Origin: Vicugna vicugna
Lineage: Eukaryota
Length of the DNA stretch: 64,000 bases
Assembly: GCA_013265495.1 (NCBI GenBank)
Contig: MU061578.1
Location: 3,047,308 to 3,111,307 of the forward strand
Direction of reading: 5' to 3'
Shown here piece by piece: positions 52,060-64,000 of the stretch; the first letter of the stretch is position 1; each line of letters starts with the position of its first letter. The notes beneath the pieces were generated by a model. That model was not told the origin of the DNA. It did no database searches and saw nothing but the letters and a program-made list of their open reading frames with translations. The position numbers were made by a program, and so were the translations under genes.

Positions 52060-52570
52060 CCACCCGCCCCGCCCAGAGGGCTTCCCCGGAGACTCCCCAG
52101 ACTCCCGGTGGCGCCGTGGGGGTGGGGCAGCGCTGACGGTCAGAGCGGGTTTCAGGGAGGCTGGGACCGTGACCGCGGCCGTGTGCGTCCGTGCCAGCGG
52201 CGGCTGTGCGGGGGCCGGGTGCGCCTGCGGCGGGGACAACCGGGTGCCGGCGCCTTGCGGGCGACACGCGCGTCTCTGCGGGGCTGCGCGGGGTCGGCGA
52301 GCGGCGGGGCGGGCGGAGGCTCCTCGGCGGCTCGGCGGCGGGGCCGGGCCGCGGGCCACCATGCTGGGCTTGGACGCGTGTGAGCTGGGGGCGCAGCTGC
52401 TGGAGCTGCTCCGACTGGCGCTGTGCGCCCGAGGTGAGCGGGCCCGGCTGGGGCCAGGGTGGCCACGTGGGCGGGGGGCTCGGGCGGGGACTCAGCCCAG
52501 GGCGGGGGCCGGCTTCTCCCCTGCGGAAACTTTGGGGGCGCTCGTGGGGACCTCGCGGCGCCATCCCCTG
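52060..52570 (+). promoter_or_regulatory. ARHGDIG CpG island/promoter (divergent from RGS11)
   Basis: CpG-dense with GC boxes; Kozak GCCACCATG at 52355-52363. Confidence 0.8.
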
Positions 52571-54735
52571 GCCGGGCTCTAGCAGGGTTGGGGGGCTTCG
52601 TCCAGACTAGACACTCGTGGGGCTAGGAGCCAAGAGTGGGTGGGTCTGTTTGTGAAGCCAGGGTGGCAGGGGGACCCTCTTCCCTTGGGAACCTGCCCCC
52701 TAGATCCCCTCTCCCTTGGGTGGGGCTGGGGTTCCTTCAGGAAGGGTGTGGATCTCTGGAAAGACTGGAGCACAGTGAGCAGGGACTTAGAAAGACCCGG
52801 CCCCAAGGCACCATGGGAACCAACTCCTAGGACTGTGGGAAAGGCTCAGAAAGACCCCTGAACCCAGGGACTGTGGGAAGGGACTCTAGGAGCCTGGAGG
52901 CACCTGGGGATGTGGCCCCAGAACATAAGCTGAGGGGTTTAGAGAGAACCACTCCTAGCCTTCAGGAACGCTGTAGGGAGGAATCCCTAGGACTGTGGGA
53001 AGGCATTCAGAGAACCTAGTCCCCAAGCAGGGTGCTGGGGATCCAGAGGCATCCAGTAGCATGCTAGAAAAATGGGAAGAGGCTTTGGGGCACTGGGGAC
53101 CCTAGAGGGTAGTGAAAGGCAGGGCCTCTGCTCTAGGAAAGACCTTGGAGGTCATCACTCTATAGTGATGGCCCCTACTCCTCTGGGCTGTCCCCTGTTT
53201 AGAGTCTTCCTTCCTTCACCTTTGGCCTCAGAGTCAGGGAGGGGCCCTGGATGAATGGCTGGACCAGAAAGCAGCTGGTGCCTCCAGGGGTCACCTGGCT
53301 CCATCTCTTGGGAGGCTCAGTCCCCTGAAGAGGTTGGGTGTGGGTGCTGCGTCTGCATCTTCCCAGAGCACTCACTAGCTTCCTCTTAAGATCTTTTGGG
53401 CAGTGGGAGGTACAGCTGGCCAGATGGCAGGCTCCAGTAAAGGCCACGGTCAGCTGGCAGCAGCTGCTCACATACCCTCCCGACCCCAGTCCTCCTGACC
53501 GACAAGGAGGTGGGGCAGCTGCCACCAGATGAGGCACTGGATGAGGCTGTGCCGGAGTACCGGGCCCCGGGGAGGAAGAGTCTCCTGGAGATCCAGCAGC
53601 TGGACCCAGACGACGAGAGCCTGGTCAAGTACAAGCAGGCGCTGCTGGGGCCTGTGCCGCCTGTTGTGGGTATGCACACATCCAGGGCCTGGAAGGGGAC
53701 AGGTGGGGACAGGTGCCCCTGTAGACTTCTGGTTTCTCTTCAGACCCCAGCCTGCCCAACGTCCAGGTGACCAGGCTTACACTGATGTCTGAGCAGGCTC
53801 CAGGGCCCATCATCATGGACCTAACAGGTAATTTCCAGGATGCCCGGTACACCGTGAGCCCCAGGCAGGGACCTCATGGGTAACCCCCTTCTGCAAAGTA
53901 CAAACTGATTTTGGGGGTAGAGACTTGGGCTTATCACTTTGGACCGCTTAGGACCCCCGTGCTCAATCCCAAGTTCCCAGACTGTAGCCCTCACAGGTAT
54001 AGCACTCCGTGGGGGTTCCTGGGGTAAGGTCTCAGCCATCACAGGAGTTCATACTTAGCTGCACTTTCCCTAACAGGGGAGTTGGCTGCGCTGAAAAACC
54101 AGGTGTTTGTCCTGAAGGAGGGTGTTGATTACAAAGTGAAGATTACCTTCAAGGTGAGGGAGCTGTTGTGGGGAACACCAGCCAGCCACAGGCCTAGCCC
54201 CCAGAGGCTCCCCTTAACACCCTCTGTCCCTCAGGTCAACAAGGAGGTTGTCAGTGGCCTCAAGTGTCTGCATCACACCTACCGCCGGGGCCTGCGCGGT
54301 GAGGGGGGTGTAGGGGGGCAGCCTGGGGGGACTTGGGGGTGGGGNNNNNNNNNNNNNNNNNNNNNNNNNNNNNNNNNNNNNNNNNNNNNNNNNNNNNNNN
54401 NNNNNNNNNNNNNNNNNNNNNNNNNNNNNNNNNNNNNNNNNNNNNNNNNNNNNNNNNNNNNNNNNNNNNNNNNNNNNNTGGGGGTGGGGACCAGTGGGGC
54501 AGAGGAGAGCCCCTAACACCCTCTCCCTCTCTCAGTGGACAAAGCTGTCTACATGGTGGGCAGTTACGGCCCGAGCGCCCAGGAGTATGAGTTCGTGACT
54601 CCGGTGGAGGAGGCACCCCGGGGCGCCCTGGTGCGGGGCACCTACGTGGTCACGTCCTTCATCACCGATGACGACAGGACCCCTCACCTGTCCTGGGAAT
54701 GGGGCCTCCACATCCGGCAGGACTGGGAGAACTGA
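52361..54735 (+). CDS. ARHGDIG: Rho GDP-dissociation inhibitor 3 (RhoGDI gamma), 225 aa, 6 exons
   Basis: Exons 52361-52433, 53490-53669, 53744-53827, 54077-54153, 54235-54298, 54536-54735 (678 nt). [52 protein letters not shown]. Confidence 0.95.
54345..54478. other. Assembly gap (134 N) in ARHGDIG intron 5
   Basis: Run of N flanked by G-rich sequence. Confidence 0.99.
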
Positions 54736-54912
54736 GTGCCCCCTGCCTGGGTGCTGACTTCCCATTTGGAGTCCTGGCTTCCCCCGCCTCTGTCAGTTGC
54801 TGCAAGGGACCCCTGAGCATTCCCCAGCCCCCTGTGACCAGCCCCACCAAGCCCTCTGTCCTATCCCGGGATGCCCCCTCCCCAGGCTTGGCACTGTGCC
54901 CTAAACAGTCCT

Positions 54913-54918
54913 ATTAAA
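54913..54918 (+). terminator. ARHGDIG polyadenylation signal (ATTAAA)
   Basis: The only canonical hexamer seen between the ARHGDIG stop and the PDIA2 ATG. Confidence 0.7.
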
Positions 54919-55086
54919 TGTCGCTCTGTCTCAGTGCCCTCGGTGTCGCCTGTCTGCCTCCCCTCCCCCAGGTGGGGGGAACCTCCTGCCTTATCTTCCC
55001 TGCGACCAGTCCTATGTGCCACGTGGCAGCAGCTGCTTGGCCCCCAGTCCCCTTATCTGCCCCCACCTGCGGGCCCCGGCACTGCC

Positions 55087-58000
55087 ATGGACGGTCAGCT
55101 TCTGCCGGTGCTGCTGTTGCTGCTTGGGGCCTCAAGCCTGTGGGGCCAGGAACCAGGGCCTGGGGGTCCCTTGGAGGAGCCCCTGGAGGAGGAGGTCCTC
55201 GAGGAGGATGGGATCTTGGTGCTGAGCCAGCGGACCCTAGGCCTGGCCTTGCAGGAGCACCCTGCCCTGCTGGTGGAGTTCTGTGAGTGCTCAGGGCCAG
55301 TGGGGCTAGGGGACCCACAGGGGCCACCCTGGGGGGGTCCTGCCCCCCATAGTGGCCACAGAGGCTCCAGTGCCACTATGTCCTTGGGGCTTCATTGGAG
55401 GGTACCAGGGCAGAGCCCTGGGGGTCCAATCCACACACTGTGGGGGGCATAGGTACAGGGGAGACCTACGGTCATACTTCTGCCAACTCTTCCTGTAAAG
55501 GGCCAGCTAGCACTCAGGCTTGCCTGTTCTTCTGGGTTTTTATAAATTTTTCACTCGGGAGAGCCATTCCTAGCTGGTGGGCCTCAACAGGCAGCCACTT
55601 ACAGCTGGGAAGCCGGCCACAGAGGGCAGCCGCTGGCGGATTCTTCCTAACCTCACTCTCTGGACAGTACTAGCTGCTACATCCTGAGCTGAGAGCTGTG
55701 AAGAGCTGGTCTTGGTGCTTGGGCTCAGGGTGGCTGAGGCTTGGATGGGCCCCTGGTAAAGGTGGTATGGATAGGACATGCTTGCTCCCTGCTGGACCTG
55801 ACCCCCGGGTCTGCCAGCTCTGGCCTGGTGGACAGCTGGGGTTAGGGGGGCCAGGGGCATTCACAGTCCTGTCCCCCAGATGCCCCGTGGTGTGGGCACT
55901 GCAAGGCACTGGCCCCTGAGTACAGCAAGGCGGCTGCTCTGCTGGCAGCGGAGTCAGCCAAGGCCCGGCTGGCCAAGGTGGATGTGCCTGCAGAGCCGGA
56001 GCTGGCCGAGGAGTTTGCTGTGACAGAGTACCCCACGCTCAAGTTCTTCCGAGATGGGAACCGAACGCACCCAGAGGAATACACTGGTGCGGGGAGCAGG
56101 TGTGGGGAGATGGGGCGGGTTGGGCGGGTGGGCAGGGCTGGGCCCCAGCTGAAGGGAATCTCTGCAGGTCCCCTGGAGGCAGAGGGTATCGCTGAGTGGC
56201 TGAGGCGGCGGGTGGGCTCCAGTGCCACTCAGCTGGAGGATGAGGAGGGTGCCCGGGTGCTGATCGATGCCAGGGACGTGGTGGTGGTGGGCTTCTTCCA
56301 GGTGAGCTGGGGGCATGGGAGCCAAGCCTGGGAGCAGGGCCTGGAATGTCTGCTGGCCTCACAGGCTCTGGCCCCTTAGGACCTGAAGGACAAAGATGTG
56401 GCTGTCTTCCTGGCCCTGGCCCAGGATGCCCTGGACATGACCTTTGGCCTCACTGACCGGCCACAGCTCTTTCAGAAGTTTGGCCTCACCAAGGACACTG
56501 TGGTCCTCTTCAAGAAGGTGGGTTGGGCCTGGAGTCAGGGCCAGGGCGGGGATCGGGGTCAGAGCCATGGCTACTGCTGACCCACTTGGTGTTGTCCAGT
56601 TTGACGAGGGGCGGGCAGACTTCCCAGTGGACAAGGAGCTGGGCCTGGACCAGGGGGAGCTGTCCCGCTTCCTCCTTACTCACAGTATGCATCTGGTTAC
56701 GGAGTTCAACAGCCAGGTGAGTCAGGCTGGAGGTGCTAGTGCGAGGAGGGGGGCCAGGGCAGTGGGAAGGTGCCCGTGGGAGCCGCCCCACGAGCTCCAC
56801 CTGCCTTGCAGACGTCCCCTAAGATCTTTGCGGCCAAGATCCTTAACCACCTGCTGCTGTTCGTCAACCAGACGCTGGCTCCCCACCGGGAGCTGCTGGC
56901 AGGCTTCCAGGAGGCTGCTCCCCCCTTCCGAGGGCAGGTACTGGCTGGGCCCTGGGGGCGGGATGGTGGGGAGATGGGGCGCCCACTCGGCCTCCCTGTT
57001 GGCAGGTGCTGTTTGTGGTGGTGGACGTGGGTGCTGACAACGACCACGTGCTGCAATACTTTGGCCTCAAGGCTGAGGAGGCCCCCACCCTGCGCTTCAT
57101 CAACATAGAGACCACCAAGAAGTATGCGCTTGTGGACCGAGGTCCAGTCACTGCAACCTCAGTTGCGGCCTTCTGTCATGCAGTCCTGGGCGGGGAGGTC
57201 AAGGTCTGCTGCTGGGCTGCCCACCAGCGGGTGGGGGTGGGAGCAGCAGTTCTTGAGAGAGACCCCTCAGTGAAGCACCTGGCCCGGTTCCCCAGCCCTA
57301 TCACTTGAGCCAAGAGGTGCCCCCTGACTGGGACCAACGGCCAGTCAAGACTCTCGTGGGCAAGAATTTCGAGCAGGTGGCCTTTGATGAAACCAAGAAC
57401 GTGTTTGTCAAGTTCTGTGAGTGTGAAGGGCAGTGGGCAGGGGAGATGGTGGGGCACCCTGCAGGCTGTGCTGATGCCCCCTGCCCTAGATGCCCCATGG
57501 TGTGCCCACTGCAAGGAGATGGCCCCGACCTGGGAGGCCCTGGCCGAGAAGTACAAGGACCAAGAGGACATCATCATCGCCGAGCTGGACGCAACGGCCA
57601 ATGAACTGGAGGCCTTCCCTGTGCAAGGCTTCCCCACCCTCAAGTACTTCCCAGCAGGGCCCGGTCGGAAGGTGAGGCGGGTGAGGTGGGACCCTGCTGT
57701 TCTTGGTCTGGGGCTCCATCCGGGTCCTTCAGGTAGTGGCTGGAGACAGGGCATGGCCTTGGTGGGGTGGGTAGGGCCTGGGTGGGATGTAACCTTGGGC
57801 TTTGAGGCCTGGGAGAGTGTGTTCTCCAGACCCTTCTGTTCCTCCTCAGGTGATTGAATACAAAAGCACGAGGGACCTGGAGACCTTCTCCAAGTTTCTG
57901 GACAATGGGGGCGAGCTGCCTGCAGAGGAGCCCAAGGAAGTGCCTGCTGCCCCCTTCCCGGTGGGTGTCTTTCCCAAGGCTCTAGGCCTCTGGATAAGCC

Positions 58001-58133
58001 AAGTCCTCCAGACGGGTGGCTGTGGGCTGACTAGGGCAGGTCTGGGCTGAGGGTGCAGCTCCAGCTGGGGCTCTATGACCCTTTCCAGGAGACACCAGAA
58101 AATTCTACCTTGGAGCCCAAGGACGAGCTATAG
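55087..58133 (+). CDS. PDIA2: Protein disulfide-isomerase A2 (PDIp), 524 aa, 11 exons
   Basis: Exons 55087-55282, 55880-56086, 56168-56301, 56380-56517, 56600-56716, 56812-56937, 57006-57203, 57296-57416, 57490-57671, 57850-57960, 58089-58133 (1575 nt). Signal peptide, active sites WCGHC and WCAHC, C-terminal KDEL; AATAAA at 58200-58205. Confidence 0.95.
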
Positions 58134-58582
58134 CTGCTGCTACTGTCAGTGTTCCCTGGGCACTGTGTTCTCTGGTGCCCGCAGAAGCTGTGGGCTGTGA
58201 ATAAAGAGCTCTGGTCTTGGACTATGTGTGGTTCCTGAGCAAGGCTGACTCCTTACCCTTGGTTTTGACCAAGTCTCAGCCTCCTGGGGCCTTTATGTCT
58301 TGGATGGCGTCCAGTCCTTTCCCCCAGCCCTCCTCCTGGGGCCCCTCTGGGCTGGAATGGGGAGCGTGGCTGGCTTCGGCACCGCCCTCTCCAGAGCTCT
58401 GCCAGCACTGGTCCACAAGACCCCACCCCCACCCCTCTGAGGCTGGCATGCCCTCCTTCGGTGCCCAGGAAGGCTACAGGAGACAGGGCACGCGTGCCAG
58501 GAGCCCACCAAGGGCCATGCCCGCCAGCCAGACCCCACCCATGTTAGGTGCATTCCACAGTTGGAGAAGGTTCAAAAATGGT

Positions 58583-58588
58583 TTTATT
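58583..58588 (-). terminator. AXIN1 polyadenylation signal
   Basis: Minus-strand AATAAA ~700 nt after the AXIN1 stop codon. Confidence 0.75.
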
Positions 58589-59291
58589 TCATTATTATCC
58601 AAGTACCTTTGAAAAGATAATTGTACAAGTCAGCGCATGAAAAACGGGCTCAGGGCAGCCCCCCAACTGGCCTGGGCCTGAGAACTGTACATATTTACAG
58701 GGGCCCTTAGGAAGGAGGGGCCCGGGACCCGCTGAGCCAGTGCTCATAAACCGAGGGCAGAGGAGGGAAGGCCTCGTTGCTCCGTTGCCGGGTCCGCACA
58801 GTGGCAGGCAAGAGACAAGCTGTGTTGAAGGCACTCGGTGACACGTACAATTGGCAGAGGCCTCGCAGGCCCTGCACCCCAGCTCGGGGACAGGCCTGAC
58901 CAGGGCAGGCCATGGCAGGCGGCTAGTCTCAGAGGGAGGAGCAGAGCCTGTGGAGTGAGCGCCGGGGGCTGCCCGCAGTTAGCAGCAGGGGCCGCTGGGG
59001 AGGGTCTCGAGGCGGCCCCAAGGCGGGCTCCCTGCTAGGGCGGACTCTCTGAGTATTCCTATGGAGGAGTGGACAGAAGCCTTTGGGACCCTCAGGGACC
59101 TCCACCCACCTGGAAACAGATGGAGCCAAGGGGCGGGCAGCTGTGGGGTAGGTGGCACCTGGCCTCCCACCAAGACCCCGTGTCTTCTACACACTCAAGA
59201 GCACGTGACGCCGCATGACCTTGCTCTCGGTGCAGCTGCCCCTGCCCCTGGCCCATGAGGGCCCAGCCAGCACAGAGGCCAGGCGTGCTGG

Positions 59292-62200
59292 TCAGTCCAC
59301 CTTCTCCACCTTTCCGATGATCTTCTCCTCGAAGACAGGCAGGACAGCCTCGTCTTCCCGCACTTCCTCAAACACCACACCACAGTCAAATTCATCACTC
59401 ACTTTCTTGAAGTAGTATCTGCGGGGCAGGGAGGGGTGGTGAGGGTCACCCTGCCATGCCCTTGGGGCCTCACCACCCTCTATGAGCACAGCAGTGTGGC
59501 TCCAGACCCTTCCTGCAGGGCACATGAGCTGGTTCTGCCCGGTGCCTGTATGCCAGAGGGTTGGCAGGGGACAAGCATGGTGACCACATGGGGTCCCCAC
59601 CCTGGCTTCTGGGTGCCGTGGGGGAGGAGTGGGTGGGCACAGGGTTCCTGTCATCCTCACTGGGTTAACGCCCCGACTCAAGCCCAGGCAGTGGCCACTG
59701 CAGCCCAGGCCCTCCTCCAGTGGCCATGCCCTCCAATGGGCCCTCCACGTAGGCCCACCATGGACTGACCCCAGTTGAGACGCTATCTGCGCTCTGCTCC
59801 TCCTACAGTGCCCGCTCAGGAGCCTCTAAGTGCTGGTCTCAGGCCAGCAGGGCCAGGTGGCCCAGGGCAAACCCTGGGGGAGAAGAGCCCGTGCTTCTGC
59901 AGTCCAGGAAAACTGGGCTGAATGAGGCGGCTGACACGAAGCTGATTCAGGTCACTGCAGCATGGGGACCGACAGACCCTCAAGACCCCTTAGTTGATTG
60001 GCCTAGAGGCATCAGTCAGGCACCTGGGCCGGGAGTTGGGACCGGAACCCTAAGGCTACCCATGCCTCACCCATTGCAGGGCTCACGCTAACGCCATGGC
60101 TGGACCAGAGGGTGAGGTGGAGGAGGACTAAGAGATGAGAGACCCCACAGGCCCCACCCCAGCCTCTCACCTGTAGTTGCCTTTCTTTGTCAGCAGCTCC
60201 TTGAACTGGCCCAGGGTAACCGCACGGCCCCTCACCAGGGTCCGGTAGGGGATGGGCTCCCCACAGAAGTAGTAGGCCACGACGATACTGTCGCACGGCT
60301 GCATGCTCCCACCACCCGCCTTCCTCTGCGATTTCGTCCTGGGGGCAGAGAAGCTGCAGTGATTGCTGGGCCTGGGGTCCCACAGGCACCCCACCGTGGA
60401 CCCTGGCTCCCCAGTAAACAACAGGCAAGGCCTGCAGGGGTGAGCTAGGCCATACTCAGGAACGCCACACATCCACAGGCCCCAATGCCCACCCCACCCA
60501 CACAGCCACATCCAGCCCCTGTGGGCTCACCCCACGCCTTGCTTCCACCCAGGTTTCCAATCCTGTACCAGCCCACGCGCCCTGCTGCATGAACAGCAGC
60601 TCGTTGCCTGCCTGCCTCATGTCTGACCAGTGCCTAGGCCTGCCCACTGCCCTCTTCCACCCACTGCAAAGCCCTGGTTTCCCTGTGGCCTGAGCTGGCC
60701 GGTGGGCAGCACCCCAACTCAGACCACACAAAACTCAGGGAGCAGGCCCCTCAGAGCTGGAACCTGGCGTAGATGCCTCTGGGGGCTCTATGAGGTGGCC
60801 AGGCAGCGGGGACCACTGCAGCCCTGCCTCCAGGCTGGTCTATACTGCTTGCGTCCCAGGGAGGTCTACGGCCCTAAACCTTCAAGAACACCTGAAGGCC
60901 GGAGGCTAGACAAACACCACTGTGACGGGTCTTGAAATGGACTTGCCCCACAGCAGAGAGCTTGATCCCAAGACTTCAGCGAGGGACATGAGGCCAGCAG
61001 CACCTTCTGCCCAGGCAGGGGTGGGACCTTCATCCCAAGGGGTGCTGAGGCAGCACCCTTCTCCTCCAGTGTCCCCTGTCCTGTGACCACCCCAGAGCTG
61101 CCCAGTGTGCTCGTGCATAGCCCTTGGCCCAGTCAGCTGGGTATGCCAGCATCACATCAGGAAGGCTGCCTGAGCTCACAGCGGGCTCTACTCTCCTAGG
61201 AGACCCTCCCCTTCCTGGTGCTCCTGGGCACACCCCAGGCGGACACCTCAGCCGTGTGGCCATCCACTGTTCGAGCCAGGTGCCCAGGCACCTGTTTCCT
61301 TCTCTCAGTCATGTGGCCTCAAATTCAGCCTGTCCTGGGAGCCCCCCAGGGGTTCCTGTGAGGGTGCATGCTCTACAGAGGGGTCTCCTGCATCTTCTGA
61401 GGCCACACCTGGGGAATGACCTTTGGGGAGGCCCTGAGCTGCTCAGCACACTGGGCTGGACACAATGAAGTACTGTCTGGGGTCAGCCCGGTGAAGGCTG
61501 AGGTGGGGGACCCCTCCTCCTGCTCTGTCTTGAGCAGACGTGTGGGGGTTGGGTGGTCGGCAGTGTCTACACATGGCCCACAGGTGCCTGGGGTGTGGAC
61601 ACGCAGACCCCCACACTCCATGTGAGAACAGAGCCAGCTCACTGCACATACAGTGCCCAGTGCTGATGCTTTTGGTTGGCGGTGGGCCAGGGGAATCCCG
61701 GTTGCAGCCCGACCCCAACAAGCCAGGAGGTCGCTGACCAGCGAGTTCCAAGGCTGGGTGGGGGACTTGTAGCCAGAATGCAGGAGGCGAGCAGACCTCC
61801 TGTCTGGCCTGTTGGTCACTTGTCACCATGTGGATGGTCAGCAGCTCCTCTGACAGATATACAGCTTGCAGCCCCAGCTCTTCAGGTGCGGTGTCCAGGC
61901 TCCCATCCTGGCAACAGCTGCGCCACCGCAGGGCCTGGCCCATGGCGTGGGCCGGGTGGATGGCACCAGGAGGACCCACAGGGGGAGCGCACGTACTCTG
62001 TCTCGGAGAGCTCCAGGTCCGACACCGCTGGCACCACGCTCAGCACGGGCGTGCACACTGGCCTGACGCAGGAGCGCCCCCGCTGGATGACCTCCTGCAC
62101 ATACCTAGGGAACAACGGCGTCTGTGAGCTGCATGGGCCTGCGGTGGGGCCTCCAGTGGCCAGCAGGCGGAGCGGGGGCTCCTGGAGCGGTCTGTCACCA

Positions 62201-64000
62201 CAAACAAGGCTCCCACTGCGTGAGGCAGACAGGACACCAAACCCCTTCCTGGGCTGTGGAATAGGGTTGGAGGATCAAGGGCTCCATCAGGATCAGTCGA
62301 GAGACCAACGCCGCTTCCGTCCGTCCAGAGTTCCCAGATTCCTCCTACGGGCAGACCCCCGGGTTCCCGGAAACACACTCTGGGATCCTGTCACTTCGTC
62401 CGCACTCACAGGAGCCTCCGCCTTCTGGAGAGGAGCTGCCTCTGGCCTCCTCCCTGTGGTGTGGCTCTTCCTGCTCCATCTGCCACAGACTCGGGTTCCG
62501 GACGCAGGCATCGCCCTGTCCCAAGGAGCTGGGAGGCCTGTCCTGGGGCTCGCTGCCCAGCAGCATCTCTCCCAGTGGTGTCTACCCCTGGGTGCGATGC
62601 TGTGCGGCCCTGACAATGACTTCCACTCTGACCGGCCTGGGTGGGGGCGCCCCACGAGGAGGGCCCAGCGACCTTTGCTCTGTGGTCTGCAGCCGTCTAT
62701 AAAAGTACCACGCACCCTGGACCCCTGGAGTGGCTGAATAGGCGTCAGTAGCCAGAGAGCGGATGTGCTGCTGGGCAGGCCTGCTGGGCGCTGGCGGGAA
62801 CAGCAGATGATGCCAGGCAAGGATGGTGGGCAGGAAGCCCCTGCAGGGGGTCTGTGCAGTAAGGAGGAGGTCTGCACGCCTCAACCACGTCTGCCTCCAA
62901 GTCATGGGCCTGTCAGATGGGCGCGGCAACTCCAGCACCAGGTGAGGCCTCCTACACAGAGCCAGCTTCCCCAGTTCTACACTAACTAGACAAGGTCACG
63001 GGCTATGAGACAAGTGGCCATACATATGGTCACCTTCAATGACCCGGGGGACACATGCAGACTTCTGGCTGGGCCCGAGATAGATGCTGGGGACAGTCTG
63101 CACACTGACTCTGGCCTCCCCAGAGCGGGACGGCCCCTCACACAGTGAGGCCAGACCCCAGATGCCCAGGTCTGCTGAAGACTGGGCAAGGGGAGCCAGT
63201 AACGTCCGAGGAAAACACTGGCCACAGTTTTATGACCACATTTCTCTGATTTTCAGGTCCTTCACAGAGACCCTGATCTGCCTGGGAATCCTGATGGGCC
63301 ATGCCTGGGAAAGTGACCTTAAGGCCCAGCTAAGGGGTCCAGCTTGGACAGATCACCTGCCCCCACGAAGGCAAGGTCTCCCCACTCCACTGGGGTAGAA
63401 TAGGGCTTGGCCTGAGGCTACAGTGGTAGCCAGTTGGGCCATCCTAGCCCTCAAGGCCAAGGAGGGCTGAGGGACTGGGGTTTCTCCAGGAGAAGAGCTG
63501 ACACCACACACATTTCAGTACTTTCTGCCTGCCTGCACATGACACATTTAGGGAGGCAGCCAGGAAGCCCCAGAACTGCCCCCTCTGAGCTCAGCCTGCA
63601 CAGCAGCTAATGGTGATCTGACTGTGACTTCCAGCGGTTCCAATATCAACATCAGGCGAGCACATGCGCACAGGGCAGCCACGATGCAGGAAGGACTCCC
63701 CCTCCTTCCCGAGGACAGTGACAACCACCTGCCCTCCAGCCACTGGCCACACACACAGCAGAGCAGGGGGACCTCAGGTCTTGGGGAACTTCACCCCCAG
63801 GAGTGGTACCACAGCACAGAGAGGCCCTGACAGGAGGCCCCCTGCTCTCCCTGAGGCCCCCATACCTCTGTTTTGAGGGCAACTTGCTGGCTCTCTTCTC
63901 TTCCTCCTCCAGACGCCTGCGGGCCTCCTCCAGCTGCGTCAGAGGGTTCGGGGCCGGGTTGGGTGGCATTGTGGGGTCTTGAATGAAGAGATGGGAGGGC
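59292..64000 (-). CDS. AXIN1: Axin-1, last four coding exons including the DIX domain (5' part outside window)
   Basis: Exons (minus): >64000-63866, 62104-61997 (108-nt cassette), 60338-60171, 59418-59292. [52 protein letters not shown]...IIGKVEKVD*. Confidence 0.96.

Noticed and set aside
51569..52564. 331-aa minus-strand ORF between RGS11 and ARHGDIG
   Set aside because: It spans the ARHGDIG CpG island in antisense and has low-complexity Pro/Arg/Gly composition.
61676..62737. 353-aa plus-strand ORF in AXIN1 introns
   Set aside because: It has a non-ATG start, runs antisense across an AXIN1 exon in GC-rich DNA and shows no domain; probably chance.

Overview
Mammalian genomic DNA, not prokaryotic. 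Gene order matches human 16p13.3: LUC7L exon 1 (-), FAM234A/ITFG3 (+), RGS11 (-), ARHGDIG (+), PDIA2 (+) and the 3' exons of AXIN1 (-). The four complete genes were spliced by hand with GT-AG junctions and keep their frames (551, 470, 225 and 524 aa). About 13 copies of a tRNA-Ala(AGC)-derived SINE resembling camelid Vic-1 suggest a camel, alpaca or llama genome (inference). Positions ~2-33.5 kb are AT-rich and full of transposon relics; the rest is GC-rich and gene-dense. I found no evidence of a wholly new biological system. The best leads are an apparent 40-nt intron in RGS11, a tailless retrocopy of the 5' half of tRNA-Met with a target-site duplication, candidate poison exons in LUC7L intron 1, a motif-rich solo LTR near the LUC7L promoter, and the very tight ARHGDIG-PDIA2 junction. 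Gene and repeat names come from recalled sequence similarity, not a database search, and repeat boundaries are approximate.
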